IMG/VR virus record: IMGVR_UViG_3300049740_002155
Reading direction: 5' to 3' (one strand)
Source: a virus
Lineage: Duplodnaviria > Caudoviricetes
DNA length: 64,000 nucleotides
Below are positions 20,447 to 30,410 of the stretch, in pieces (the stretch's first letter is position 1; each line of letters opens with the position of its first letter). Below the pieces are notes generated by a model that saw only the letters and a list, made by a program, of their open reading frames with translations, was not told the origin of the DNA and did no database searches. The translations under genes and the position numbers were made by a program.

Positions 20447-20761
20447 ATGAAATACATTATATTCATGGTAACATTACTTGTGTCTTCGTGTGGGATCAAA
20501 GAAAAATTAGTAAATTGGAATAACTCAGACGCACTTGGAGTACCAAAGCAAAATACATCACTTGATAAAAGTGACCATACATCTGTAGACGGAATGCATA
20601 CTTTAGACAATCAAAAAATAATTGAAACTACATATACAGAACAATCAACTGATGTTGATGATGAAACTAATTATTATTTTTATTTGATTCCGTTTGTTAT
20701 TTTGAGTATACTTGCGTTTTTAGTATTTCGTTTAAAAAAACAAAATATGAATTCATTATAA
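20447..20761 (+). CDS. Lipoprotein-like membrane protein
   Basis: Lipobox LVSSC, C-terminal TM helix, AAGGAG Shine-Dalgarno. Confidence 0.65.
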   Translation: MKYIIFMVTLLVSSCGIKEKLVNWNNSDALGVPKQNTSLDKSDHTSVDGMHTLDNQKIIETTYTEQSTDVDDETNYYFYLIPFVILSILAFLVFRLKKQNMNSL

Positions 20762-20796
20762 ACTTTATTTGAAATTAAATCGTTATATATATTGAT

Positions 20797-21804
20797 ATGA
20801 AAACTGGAAAATTACTAGGTAAAGAAACAGAGGGAGTAAATCAAATACTTCCTCATAAACATAAATGGGCGTGGGATCTGTATGAACAGGGTGTGAAAAA
20901 TAACTGGGTTCCTACTGATGTACCGATGACAAAAGATGTGCAGAATTGGAAATCTGCTCCTGAAGCATCTTTGAGTGAAGATGAACGATTGGTGATCAAG
21001 AGATGTCTTGGTTTCTTTGCAGGTAGTGAAAGTTTGGTAGCAAATAATTTGATGACATTATCAAAGTACATTACTGATCCTGAGTGCCGTCAATATATGG
21101 CAAGGCAGATGTATGAAGAGTGTTTACACAATCATACTGTAGTTTACATTTGCGATAGTCTCGATTTAGATATTGGTGAGGTATACGAAGCATATCAAAC
21201 CGTGCCTTCTATTAAAGCAAAAGATGATTTTCTTATGAAGGTAACTGGTGGACTCAATGATGCTGAAATTGATACATCAACAAAACAAGGACGAAGAGAA
21301 TTATACAAGGCCGCATTTACATATTGGGTTGTGTGCGAAGGAACATTCTTTTTCAGTGGATTTGCAATGCTTCTTGCTTTGAGTGATAAAATACCTGGAA
21401 TTGCGGAACAGATTCAATATACACTTCGTGATGAAAGTATTCATATTAAGTTTGGAACAACTCTTCTTAATAAACTAAGAGAGCAATATACAGATATAAT
21501 GGATCAATCATTTGAGCAAGAATTGACTGATGTGTTAAAACAAGCAGTTGAACTTGAAATTCAATATGCACAGGATGTGCTTCCACGTGGGATTCTTGGT
21601 TTGAACTCAAGTATGTTCGTTGAGTATATGCAGTTTATTGCTAATCGTAGATTGGAAAATCTGAATATGAATTTCAGATACGACAGTGACAATAATCCGT
21701 TTCCCTGGTTAAGTGAGGTTATTGATATTCGCAAACAAAAGAACTTTTTTGAAACTAGAGTCATTGATTATCAGGATGAATCTGCATTAGTTGACGATTT
21801 TTGA
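20797..21804 (+). CDS. nrdB: Ribonucleotide reductase beta subunit, class Ic (R2c)-like
   Basis: FFAGSESLV (Glu ligand), EECLHNHTV (Val at the radical Tyr position), EGTFFFSGF, RDESIH, NFFETRVIDY. Confidence 0.93.
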   Translation: MKTGKLLGKETEGVNQILPHKHKWAWDLYEQGVKNNWVPTDVPMTKDVQNWKSAPEASLSEDERLVIKRCLGFFAGSESLVANNLMTLSKYITDPECRQYMARQMYEECLHNHTVVYICDSLDLDIGEVYEAYQTVPSIKAKDDFLMKVTGGLNDAEIDTSTKQGRRELYKAAFTYWVVCEGTFFFSGFAMLLALSDKIPGIAEQIQYTLRDESIHIKFGTTLLNKLREQYTDIMDQSFEQELTDVLKQAVELEIQYAQDVLPRGILGLNSSMFVEYMQFIANRRLENLNMNFRYDSDNNPFPWLSEVIDIRKQKNFFETRVIDYQDESALVDDF

Positions 21805-21820
21805 TAATAGACACATATAT

Positions 21821-22039
21821 ATGTATGTGGACTACGATAAAGAATTATACGAAAAAAGTTTATATTATCGTCATGTAGTAGACGAACATAAAGAGATATA
21901 TGTTCATAAATGGCTTGAATCTGAAAAAGAAGGTCAAGACATTGGAGTTGATAAAGCAAGACGTTCGTGGATCATAAATCATAAGAATCAATGGCATTCT
22001 TATTGGATTAAACAAAATTTAGATAATTTAGAAAAATAA
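21821..22039 (+). CDS. Small DUF4032-like protein
   Basis: SLYY...EI..HKWLESEKEGQDIG...W pattern; start at ATG 21821. Confidence 0.55.
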   Translation: MYVDYDKELYEKSLYYRHVVDEHKEIYVHKWLESEKEGQDIGVDKARRSWIINHKNQWHSYWIKQNLDNLEK

Positions 22040-22067
22040 AATAAAATAGTTTTTATATTTATTTTAT

Positions 22068-22469
22068 ATGGATCAAACGGAAAAAATAACAGAACCTTCA
22101 GACGAAAAAAGGTTTCTAAAGTTTTTACCTACAAATCCTTTGAAACATTTAAAACTGCTTATAGTTGTTTTATTGCATTGGGCAGTTGTGATTGGTAATT
22201 TTTGTGCATTCTTTATTTTAGCATTTCAAGGATTTACTCCCTATGGATTTCCGTGGTATGTATGTTTGCCATTATGTTCTTTTATTGCTTTAATTTCATT
22301 TTCGAGAGTTCTGGATTGCCCAATGACTCGGTATGAAAATAAAATGAGAGTGAAACTTGGAAAACCAACAATCAAAGGATTCATAGGTCATTATTTTCTG
22401 AAACCGTATGTTCGTAGAAAAGTGAGAAAAGCAAGAGAGAAACGAGAAGCATCGGGAAAAACAAAATGA
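22068..22469 (+). CDS. Membrane protein, DUF2784-like
   Basis: Two TM segments, H in the first helix, CPMTRYENKMR. Confidence 0.5.
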   Translation: MDQTEKITEPSDEKRFLKFLPTNPLKHLKLLIVVLLHWAVVIGNFCAFFILAFQGFTPYGFPWYVCLPLCSFIALISFSRVLDCPMTRYENKMRVKLGKPTIKGFIGHYFLKPYVRRKVRKAREKREASGKTK

Positions 22470-23545
22470 ATATTAAATTTAAAGAAGCATTTGAGTTTGC
22501 GAAGTGGGTATTTGAAAAAAATGGTGTACCTGTAAAATACTCAAATATTTGTGCAGATGTATTGTTAAGTGGAGATGAATTGGGTTTCACTACCCACGGA
22601 CTGAGTAGACTTGGTTATTACATAAAAAGAATTAAAGATAACGTAATTGACGTAAATGCAACACCAGAAATAGTTCGTGACAATAAATCTTGTGTTACTA
22701 TTGATGGTCATAATGCGTTGGGTCAAATTGTCGGTAAGTATGCAATGAACCAAGCAATTGCAAAAACACAGCAACATGGAATTAGTTGTGTTGCAGTAAA
22801 AAATTCTTCTCACTATGGAATTGCGAGTTATTATTCAAGATATGCAACTACGCAAAATTTAGTAGGAATGAGTTTTACGAATGCTCGTCCCGCAGTTGCC
22901 CCATATGGTGGATGTGAACCTAAAATGGGAACAAATCCTTATGCAGTTGCATTTCCATCAGATATGAAATTTCCGTTTAGCATAGATTGTGCTACATCTT
23001 CTTATCAACGAGGTGATTTGGAAGTGATGGCACGGAAAAATCCAAATAGTTATGTTCCTAATTGTGCAATTGTATCTGATAATCAAAATCTTACATTTGA
23101 ACGTTCTCTTAGGTGGTTAAAGAAAGGTATAGCCGCATTAACACCAATCGGTGGACACAAGGGTTCTGGATTATCAATTGCGATTGAATTAATGTGTTCT
23201 GCTTTTCAAAGTGGTGCCTGTATGAGTCAATTAAGTGGTTTATACGAAGGTGATACACAGAATCCTAATTATGACATTGGACATTTCTTTATTTGTATTG
23301 ACCCTGAAAACTTTACAGACATTGATACTTTCAAGAAAAATGTTGGGGATGTAATGCGTGAAATCAAAGCAAGCAAAACTGCTAAAGATACAAATGAAAT
23401 TTTAGTGCCAGGTGAATTGGAGTATAATACTTCATTGAAAGTTCACAAAAACGGAATAGAAGTATCTGATGAGTTGCTTGTGGAACTAAATACTCTTGAA
23501 TTTTCTAAATGGCAAAAGACAAACACAACAAAAAATTCGAAATAG
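22466..23545 (+). CDS. Ldh_2 family (malate/L-lactate/ureidoglycolate-type) NAD(P)-dependent oxidoreductase
   Basis: THGLSRL, DGHNALGQ, SSHYG, GTNP, GGHKGSGL, VPGE. Confidence 0.9.
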   Translation: MNIKFKEAFEFAKWVFEKNGVPVKYSNICADVLLSGDELGFTTHGLSRLGYYIKRIKDNVIDVNATPEIVRDNKSCVTIDGHNALGQIVGKYAMNQAIAKTQQHGISCVAVKNSSHYGIASYYSRYATTQNLVGMSFTNARPAVAPYGGCEPKMGTNPYAVAFPSDMKFPFSIDCATSSYQRGDLEVMARKNPNSYVPNCAIVSDNQNLTFERSLRWLKKGIAALTPIGGHKGSGLSIAIELMCSAFQSGACMSQLSGLYEGDTQNPNYDIGHFFICIDPENFTDIDTFKKNVGDVMREIKASKTAKDTNEILVPGELEYNTSLKVHKNGIEVSDELLVELNTLEFSKWQKTNTTKNSK

Positions 23546-23757
23546 CAATAGCAGTATTGGGAATGATGGGAGGTGCAATTCTTCCTTTTCCTGATTTAAT
23601 CGGTTGGGGATTTGTTGTATTTACGATTGTAAATTTATTGAGTATGATATTTTTTATTCGTCAAAAAATGTATTGGTTATGTGCATTATCCTTTTATTTT
23701 GTTGTGGTAGACGCAATTGGTGTTTGGATAAATTTAATCGATAAACATTTCTTATAA
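23509..23757 (+). CDS. Small membrane protein
   Basis: Three hydrophobic segments; start uncertain because it overlaps the previous gene. Confidence 0.55.
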   Translation: MAKDKHNKKFEIAIAVLGMMGGAILPFPDLIGWGFVVFTIVNLLSMIFFIRQKMYWLCALSFYFVVVDAIGVWINLIDKHFL

Positions 23758-23839
23758 AAATCATTGAACCAAATGTATATTTTATTCGTTATATTGTTGA
23801 CGGTATGTGTAAAACTATGATATATATAAAGAAACGGTT

Positions 23840-25084
23840 ATGAATAAAAATATATATCTTGTAGAAGGTACACGAACTCCATTTTGTAAGATGGGTTCGG
23901 ATTTCGCAAACACATCTGCATCTGAGTTGGGAGTCTCTGCAACAAAGGCATTATTTGCGAAGATGGATTTAGATCCAAGTTTAATTGATGAAAGTGTAAT
24001 GGGATGTGTTTGTCAACCGGCAGATACTGCAAACATTACACGTGTAATAGCATTGAAAGCAGGAGTACCAAAAAAAGTTCCTGCTTATACGGTACATCGT
24101 AATTGTGCAAGTGGATTTGAATCTATTACACAAGCATTTGATAAAATCAATGCAGGTAGAGGAAGTGTGTATTTAAGTGGTGGAACAGAGAATATGACTC
24201 AAGCACCTTTTTTGTATCGCAAAAGTGCAGTTGATAAATTTACTCAACTTAGTAAATGCAGAACATTTCGTGATCGTCTTCATACGATTTTAAGTTTCCG
24301 TCCGAAAGACTTTGCACCCATTGTAAGTTTACGATTGGGTTTGAGTGATATTACTGTTGGAATGAACATGGGTGAAACTGCCGAACTTATAGGTCGTGAA
24401 AACAAAGTAACTCGTTATCACCAAGATACATTTGCACTAGAATCACATTTAAAAGCACACGTTGCTCAAGAAAAATTAGCACAAGAAATATCTCCTTTTT
24501 ATTTTGCAGATGGAAAATTTGTGAATGTTGATAATGGAGTTCGTGGTGAGCAAAGTATGGGTGCTTTGGAAAAATTGCGACCGGTGTTTGATAAACAAGG
24601 AACCGTAACTGCCGGTAATGCATCTCAAATTACAGACGGAGCAGTTTCATTGTTAATTGCAGATGAAGAAGCAGTAAAACAAAACAATTGGAATCCACTT
24701 GGAAGAATTTCTGCATATGCGTATGCAGGATGCGATCCTGAAAGAATGGGACTTGGACCTGTTAATGCTATTGAAAAAGTTTGTGAAGAAACAAATACTA
24801 TGTTGAATGATTTTGATTTAATTGAAATCAACGAAGCATTTGCAGCCCAAGTATTAGCAGTTTGTAAGCAACTTAAAAATAACACAGACCTTGGTCAAGT
24901 TGACACAAGTAAACTAAATGTAAACGGAGGAGCAATTGCTCTTGGTCATCCTGTTGGATGTTCTGGATCAAGAATTGCACTTACTACTTTAAAAGAACTT
25001 GAAAGACGAAATGCTAAGAAAGCATTAATTTCACTTTGCATTGGTGGTGGTCAGGGTGGAGCAATCATTTTAGAAAGAGATTAA
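23840..25084 (+). CDS. fadA: 3-ketoacyl-CoA thiolase
   Basis: RTPF, HRNCASG, TAGNASQITDGA, NEAFA, GHPVGCSG, LCIGGGQG. Confidence 0.95.
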   Translation: MNKNIYLVEGTRTPFCKMGSDFANTSASELGVSATKALFAKMDLDPSLIDESVMGCVCQPADTANITRVIALKAGVPKKVPAYTVHRNCASGFESITQAFDKINAGRGSVYLSGGTENMTQAPFLYRKSAVDKFTQLSKCRTFRDRLHTILSFRPKDFAPIVSLRLGLSDITVGMNMGETAELIGRENKVTRYHQDTFALESHLKAHVAQEKLAQEISPFYFADGKFVNVDNGVRGEQSMGALEKLRPVFDKQGTVTAGNASQITDGAVSLLIADEEAVKQNNWNPLGRISAYAYAGCDPERMGLGPVNAIEKVCEETNTMLNDFDLIEINEAFAAQVLAVCKQLKNNTDLGQVDTSKLNVNGGAIALGHPVGCSGSRIALTTLKELERRNAKKALISLCIGGGQGGAIILERD

Positions 25085-25085
25085 T

Positions 25086-27161
25086 ATGAGCAACTCAATT
25101 AAAAGAGAACAACACGGTGAAGTGGTTACAATTACATTTGACCAAGAAAAATCGGTGGCAAATGTATTCAATGAAGATATGTTTGCTGAATTGAACGATC
25201 AACTTGATTATATAGAAAACAATCAGAAGTCAATTCGTGGAGTAATATTCAAAAGTGCAAAACCAAGTATTTTCATAGCAGGTGCAGATTTAAAATCATT
25301 TGCAGATGATCCGACACCTGAAAGAATTTCATATTTAATTAAACTCGGACAAGATACATTTAATCGTATTGAAGATTTGTGTATTCCAACCGTGGCTGCA
25401 ATTAATGGTGCGTGTCTTGGTGGTGGATATGAACTTGCTCTTGCGTGTGATCATCGTGTTGCGACTTTAGATTCAAGTACAAAAATCGGATTGCCTGAAA
25501 CGATGCTTGGAATTCTTCCGGCTTGGGGTGGATCAACTCGGTTGCCAAGAATGATCGGAATTGCAGGTGCCATGAATATTATTCTTGCAGGTAAGGTGGT
25601 TGTTCCAAAGTTAGCATACAAATATAAAATGGTGGACAGAGTGTGTCATAAAGAAAATCTCGATTATGTTGCAAAGTCTTATATTCATAACGGAAAAAAG
25701 AAATACAAAAAGCATACATTAAATCGTTTTCCTTTAAAGTATATTGCAAAAAGCAAAGCAACTAAAAATGTTCTTAAAACAACAGGTGGTGTTTATCCTG
25801 CTCCATTAAAAGCAATTGACGTAATGATACAAGGACTTGAAGTAAGTCGTAATGAATCATTGAAACTTGAAGAAAAAGCATTTACTGAACTTCTTAATTC
25901 GGATGTCGCAAGTAATCTTGTTAATATATTCTTTTTACAAGAAAGAAGCAAGAAAACAAAAAGTGACAAGGATTTTAAAGTAAATAAAACTGCGGTAATT
26001 GGTGCAGGTGTTATGGGTGCAGGTATTGCACAATGGATTAGTTCACGTGGAATCAAAGTATTACTTAAAGATATTAAGTCTGAGTTTGTAGCAAATGGAA
26101 TCAAAACAATTAGTAAGTTGTATTCAGCAGCCGTTTCAAAACGAGTAATGACTAAAAGTGAAGCATCAAGCAAAATGGATAATGTTACACCAATTACAGA
26201 ATCGTTGCCAATGAAGACTGTTGATTTAGTCGTAGAAGCAGCCGTAGAACAATTAGACATCAAGCAGAATTTATTTGCAGAACTTGAAGCACTTGTTCGT
26301 GATGATACAATTCTTGCAACAAATACATCAGCACTTAGCATTGTGGATGTCGCAGAAAAAATGGAACACAAAGAACGAGTTGTTGGTATTCACTATTTTA
26401 ATCCTGTTCATAAAATGAAATTGGTGGAAGTGGTAAAAGGAGAATGCACAAGTGAAGAAACGGTTCTCAAAGCAACTCAATTTGTAAAGAAAACAGGTAA
26501 ACTTCCTGTGATTGTAAAAGATAGTCCTGGTTTCTTGGTGAATCGTATTTTGATGCCTTATTTGATTGAAGCAGTTCATTTAGCAAACGGAGGAAATGAT
26601 ATTGAGCATACCGACAAACTTCTTCGTAAGTTTGGAATGCCAATGGGACCATTTCGTTTGATTGATGAAGTTGGTGGTGATGTGTGTCAACACGTTGCGG
26701 ATGATTTACTTAATAGATTAAACACCAAGTTTCCAAATAGTAGTCTTCTTCGTAGAATGATTGAAGAAGGAAATCTTGGAAAGAAAAGTGGACAAGGATT
26801 TTACAAATATAGTAAAGGCAAATCAAATGGTGCGTGTGATGTGCCAAGAAATTCAACATTCAGATTGCAATGTGAAAATGAAGAAATCGTGGACAGATTA
26901 ATTCTTGTAATGATCAACGAATCAGTTCGTTGTTTAGAAGAAGAAGTAGTTGCAAGTCCTAAAGATGTTGACTTTGGAATGATTATGGGAACAGGATGGG
27001 CTCCGTTTCGTGGTGGACCGATTCGTTATCTTGATAGTGTAGGTTCAAAGAAAATAGCAGAAAGATTACAAGAACTAGCAAAAAAAGATGCATACTTTAC
27101 TCCGTGTGATATGCTTCTTGAATACGCAAAAACAAACAAAAAATTCTACGAGGATAAATAA
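25086..27161 (+). CDS. fadB: Multifunctional enoyl-CoA hydratase / 3-hydroxyacyl-CoA dehydrogenase (FadB/FadJ)
   Basis: FIAGAD, GGGYELALACD, GLPETMLG, GAGVMG, NTSAL, GIHYFNP, GFLVNR, MPMGPF. Confidence 0.95.
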   Translation: MSNSIKREQHGEVVTITFDQEKSVANVFNEDMFAELNDQLDYIENNQKSIRGVIFKSAKPSIFIAGADLKSFADDPTPERISYLIKLGQDTFNRIEDLCIPTVAAINGACLGGGYELALACDHRVATLDSSTKIGLPETMLGILPAWGGSTRLPRMIGIAGAMNIILAGKVVVPKLAYKYKMVDRVCHKENLDYVAKSYIHNGKKKYKKHTLNRFPLKYIAKSKATKNVLKTTGGVYPAPLKAIDVMIQGLEVSRNESLKLEEKAFTELLNSDVASNLVNIFFLQERSKKTKSDKDFKVNKTAVIGAGVMGAGIAQWISSRGIKVLLKDIKSEFVANGIKTISKLYSAAVSKRVMTKSEASSKMDNVTPITESLPMKTVDLVVEAAVEQLDIKQNLFAELEALVRDDTILATNTSALSIVDVAEKMEHKERVVGIHYFNPVHKMKLVEVVKGECTSEETVLKATQFVKKTGKLPVIVKDSPGFLVNRILMPYLIEAVHLANGGNDIEHTDKLLRKFGMPMGPFRLIDEVGGDVCQHVADDLLNRLNTKFPNSSLLRRMIEEGNLGKKSGQGFYKYSKGKSNGACDVPRNSTFRLQCENEEIVDRLILVMINESVRCLEEEVVASPKDVDFGMIMGTGWAPFRGGPIRYLDSVGSKKIAERLQELAKKDAYFTPCDMLLEYAKTNKKFYEDK

Positions 27162-27163
27162 CA

Positions 27164-29014
27164 ATGAGTGAAATAGATACTTCAAAAATGTCCAAGGGTA
27201 AAGCAGATGCCTTGGAAGCAGCCGAGGCTGCACGTGATAAAGGAAAAAAAGGAACAAAAAGTTTTAGTGGTGGTTTGTTTACAGGTGAAGCAAATTACGA
27301 TTTGATTTATCCATTTCCAAAACAAAAAGCAGAAGACAAAGCAAAAGGAGATAACTTTCTTGATGAATTAACAAAAGTTTTAGATGAACACGTTGATGCA
27401 GATGCAATTGACCGTGAAGGTGAAATTCCTGATAAGGTATTTGAAGAACTTGCAAAGATTGGTGCATTCGCAATTAAAATTCCAACGGAATATGGTGGTC
27501 GTGGTTTATCACAAACAAATTATTCACGTGCGGCTATGAAGTTGGGTGAAGTGTGTGGAAATATTACTGCATTATTATCAGCACATCAAAGCATCGGAGT
27601 TCCTCAACCATTGTTACTTTACGGAACAGACGAACAAAAGCAAAAGCATCTTCCTCGTTTTGGTAAAGGTGAAGTAAGTGCATTTGCATTGACCGAAGAA
27701 ACTGTAGGAAGTGATCCTGCACAAATGACTGCATACGCAGAATTATCAGAAGATAAAACTCATTATGTTTTAAACGGAGAAAAACTTTGGTGTACAAATG
27801 GAGTAAAAGCAAGTGTTATAATTGTAATGGCAAGAACACCTGATACAGAAATCAAAGGTAAAATGCGTAAAAGCATTTCCGCATTTATTGTGGACATGGA
27901 TACACCTGGTGTTGAAATAGTTACCCGTTGTCGTTTTATGGGTCTTAAAGCATTGTACAATGGTGTTGTAAAGTTTACTGATGTAAAGATACCTGTTGAG
28001 AATTTGGTAGCAGGTGAAGGCAAAGGATTAAAGGTTGCACTTAGCACCTTGAATACAGGTCGTCTTACATTACCGGCTGCTTGTGTGGGACTTATGCGTA
28101 GTTGCTTAAAGATTTGTCGTGAGTGGGGTTCATCACGTGAACAATGGGGATGTGCTATTGGTAAACACCAAGCAATTGGTGATAAAATTGCTAAGATTGC
28201 GGCCAAGAATTTCGCAACTGAAAGTATCGTTCTTTTTACATCAAGTTTAGTGGATGGTAAAAAAGCAGATATTCGTGTGGAATCTGCAATGTGTAAAATG
28301 TGGGGAACAGAAGAAGCATGGAAAGTAGCAGACGAAACGATGCAAATACGTGGTGGTCGTGGTTACGAAACTGCTGACTCACTTCGCAATCGTGGTTCTG
28401 ATCCAATCCCTGTGGAAAGATTTCTTCGTGATTGTCGTATTAATATGATCTTTGAAGGTTCAAGTGAAATTATGCGTTTGCTTTTGGCACGTGAAGCACT
28501 CGATCCACATCTTAAAGCAGCCGGAGCAGTTCTTGATTCACGTCTTCCATTGATGGTTCGTTTAAAAGCAGCCATCGGAGCAGGACTTCATTATGCAGTT
28601 TGGTATCCGAAGCAATGGTTACCAACATTTAATTATGGACCAAAAGGAATTACTTGCTCTTTGAAAAAGTATCTTTGGTATGTATCAAGAACAAGCAAGA
28701 AACTTAGTCGTAAACTTTTTCATAGTATGGCAATTTATGGTCCAGGTCTTGATAAGCAACATAAACTTCTTGGTCGTTTGACTGAAATCGGAACAGAGTT
28801 GTTTGTTATTTCTGCGTGTGCATTGCGTATTGATAGTATGATCAAAGATGAACCTGAAAAGAAAGCAGAGTATCTTGAACTTATGGATGTAGTTTTTAAC
28901 GAATCAAAGATTCGCATCAAAAACAACTTCTATGGAATGCGTAACAATAACGACAAAAAGAATTATTCTTTCGCAAAGAAAATTCTTGGAGGTACTTTCA
29001 AGTTTCTTGAATAA
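27164..29014 (+). CDS. fadE: Acyl-CoA dehydrogenase (long, VLCAD/FadE-like)
   Basis: AHQSIG, FALTEETVGSD, NGEKLWCTNG, LNTGR, GGRGYE, RINMIFEGSSEI. Confidence 0.92.
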   Translation: MSEIDTSKMSKGKADALEAAEAARDKGKKGTKSFSGGLFTGEANYDLIYPFPKQKAEDKAKGDNFLDELTKVLDEHVDADAIDREGEIPDKVFEELAKIGAFAIKIPTEYGGRGLSQTNYSRAAMKLGEVCGNITALLSAHQSIGVPQPLLLYGTDEQKQKHLPRFGKGEVSAFALTEETVGSDPAQMTAYAELSEDKTHYVLNGEKLWCTNGVKASVIIVMARTPDTEIKGKMRKSISAFIVDMDTPGVEIVTRCRFMGLKALYNGVVKFTDVKIPVENLVAGEGKGLKVALSTLNTGRLTLPAACVGLMRSCLKICREWGSSREQWGCAIGKHQAIGDKIAKIAAKNFATESIVLFTSSLVDGKKADIRVESAMCKMWGTEEAWKVADETMQIRGGRGYETADSLRNRGSDPIPVERFLRDCRINMIFEGSSEIMRLLLAREALDPHLKAAGAVLDSRLPLMVRLKAAIGAGLHYAVWYPKQWLPTFNYGPKGITCSLKKYLWYVSRTSKKLSRKLFHSMAIYGPGLDKQHKLLGRLTEIGTELFVISACALRIDSMIKDEPEKKAEYLELMDVVFNESKIRIKNNFYGMRNNNDKKNYSFAKKILGGTFKFLE

Positions 29015-30366
29015 TGCATACGGTTCTTGAGTTTTTCAAGATTGGAATAGGTCCTTCTAGTTCTCATACTATTGGACCTATTTCTGCGTCACGAAAGTTT
29101 GTTTCTTTTTTGAAGCATAAAAAAGTGTTTGGTGAAATTGATTCTATTAAAGTTGAATTATTCGGTTCACTTGCATTAACAGGTGAAGGTCACGGAACAC
29201 CAATTGCAATCAAACTAGGATTGTTAAATTATGCTCCTGATGAAGTAAAACAGAAACAATTGATTGAAGTTGATTCTCTTGGTAATGAAATAAAAATTGG
29301 GGGAATTCGAAATATAAAATTCAATGATGATGATATTATTTTTAACAAAAAGAAAAAACTTCCGTATCATCCAAATGGAATGAAATTTTATGCTTATGTA
29401 AAAAACAAAGAAGTTGCAACACGAATTTATTATAGTATAGGTGGTGGGTTTGTTGTTACCGAGGAAAATGCAAAAAAAGACAAACTAAAATCAAGCAAAC
29501 GTAAACTGACTAATTCATTTAAAACTGCGACTGAATTATTTACAATTGCAGATAATCGTAATTTAAGAATTTCAGATATAATGCTTGAAAATGAAAAATG
29601 CTTTAGAAAAGAAAAAACTACCAAAAAAGAACTTCGCAGAATTTTCAGAATTATGCAAGAATGTGTTGATCGTGGATTAACTACCGATGGTATGTTGCCT
29701 GGTAAAATAAACGTTGAACGAAGAGCAGCCATAATGTATGAAAACTTTTTGAAAAACAGCGAATTAGATTCTCAAGCATTTCTTGATTACGCAAGTATTT
29801 GTGCAATTGCAGTCAACGAAGAAAATGCCAATATGAATCGTGTTGTAACTGCTCCTACTAATGGGGCATCTGGCATTATACCTGCAACGATGATGTATAT
29901 TAAAGAGTATGTCCACGAAAAATCAGAAGATTGGGACATTAGATTTCTGCTTACTGCGGGAGCAATTGCGATGTTGTATAAAATGAACGCAAGCATTTCA
30001 GGAGCAGAAGTTGGTTGTCAAGGTGAAATTGGAGTTGCGTGTAGTATGGCAGCTGGTGCTTTAACTGAAATTGTAGGAGGAACTTTAAAGCAAGTAGAAA
30101 ATGCGGCCGAAATTGCTATGGAGCATAATCTAGGATTAACGTGTGATCCGGTTGCTGGACTTGTACAAATACCTTGCATAGAACGAAATGCAATAGGAGT
30201 TGGTAAAGCAATTAATGCAAGTCGTATGGCAATGCTTAATGAAAAGAATACAAAAATTTCATTGGATGATGTAATAAAAACAATGAAAGCAACTGGTGCT
30301 GATATGAAAAGCAAATACAAAGAAACAAGTAAAGGTGGTTTAGCAGTAAATGTAACTGAGTGTTAA
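29014..30366 (+). CDS. sdaA: Fe-S L-serine ammonia-lyase (single chain)
   Basis: [66 protein letters not shown]. Confidence 0.95.
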   Translation: MHTVLEFFKIGIGPSSSHTIGPISASRKFVSFLKHKKVFGEIDSIKVELFGSLALTGEGHGTPIAIKLGLLNYAPDEVKQKQLIEVDSLGNEIKIGGIRNIKFNDDDIIFNKKKKLPYHPNGMKFYAYVKNKEVATRIYYSIGGGFVVTEENAKKDKLKSSKRKLTNSFKTATELFTIADNRNLRISDIMLENEKCFRKEKTTKKELRRIFRIMQECVDRGLTTDGMLPGKINVERRAAIMYENFLKNSELDSQAFLDYASICAIAVNEENANMNRVVTAPTNGASGIIPATMMYIKEYVHEKSEDWDIRFLLTAGAIAMLYKMNASISGAEVGCQGEIGVACSMAAGALTEIVGGTLKQVENAAEIAMEHNLGLTCDPVAGLVQIPCIERNAIGVGKAINASRMAMLNEKNTKISLDDVIKTMKATGADMKSKYKETSKGGLAVNVTEC

Positions 30367-30410
30367 TTTTTGAGTTTGACTAATATCGTAGTTTATATAA
30401 TAATAGTAAT

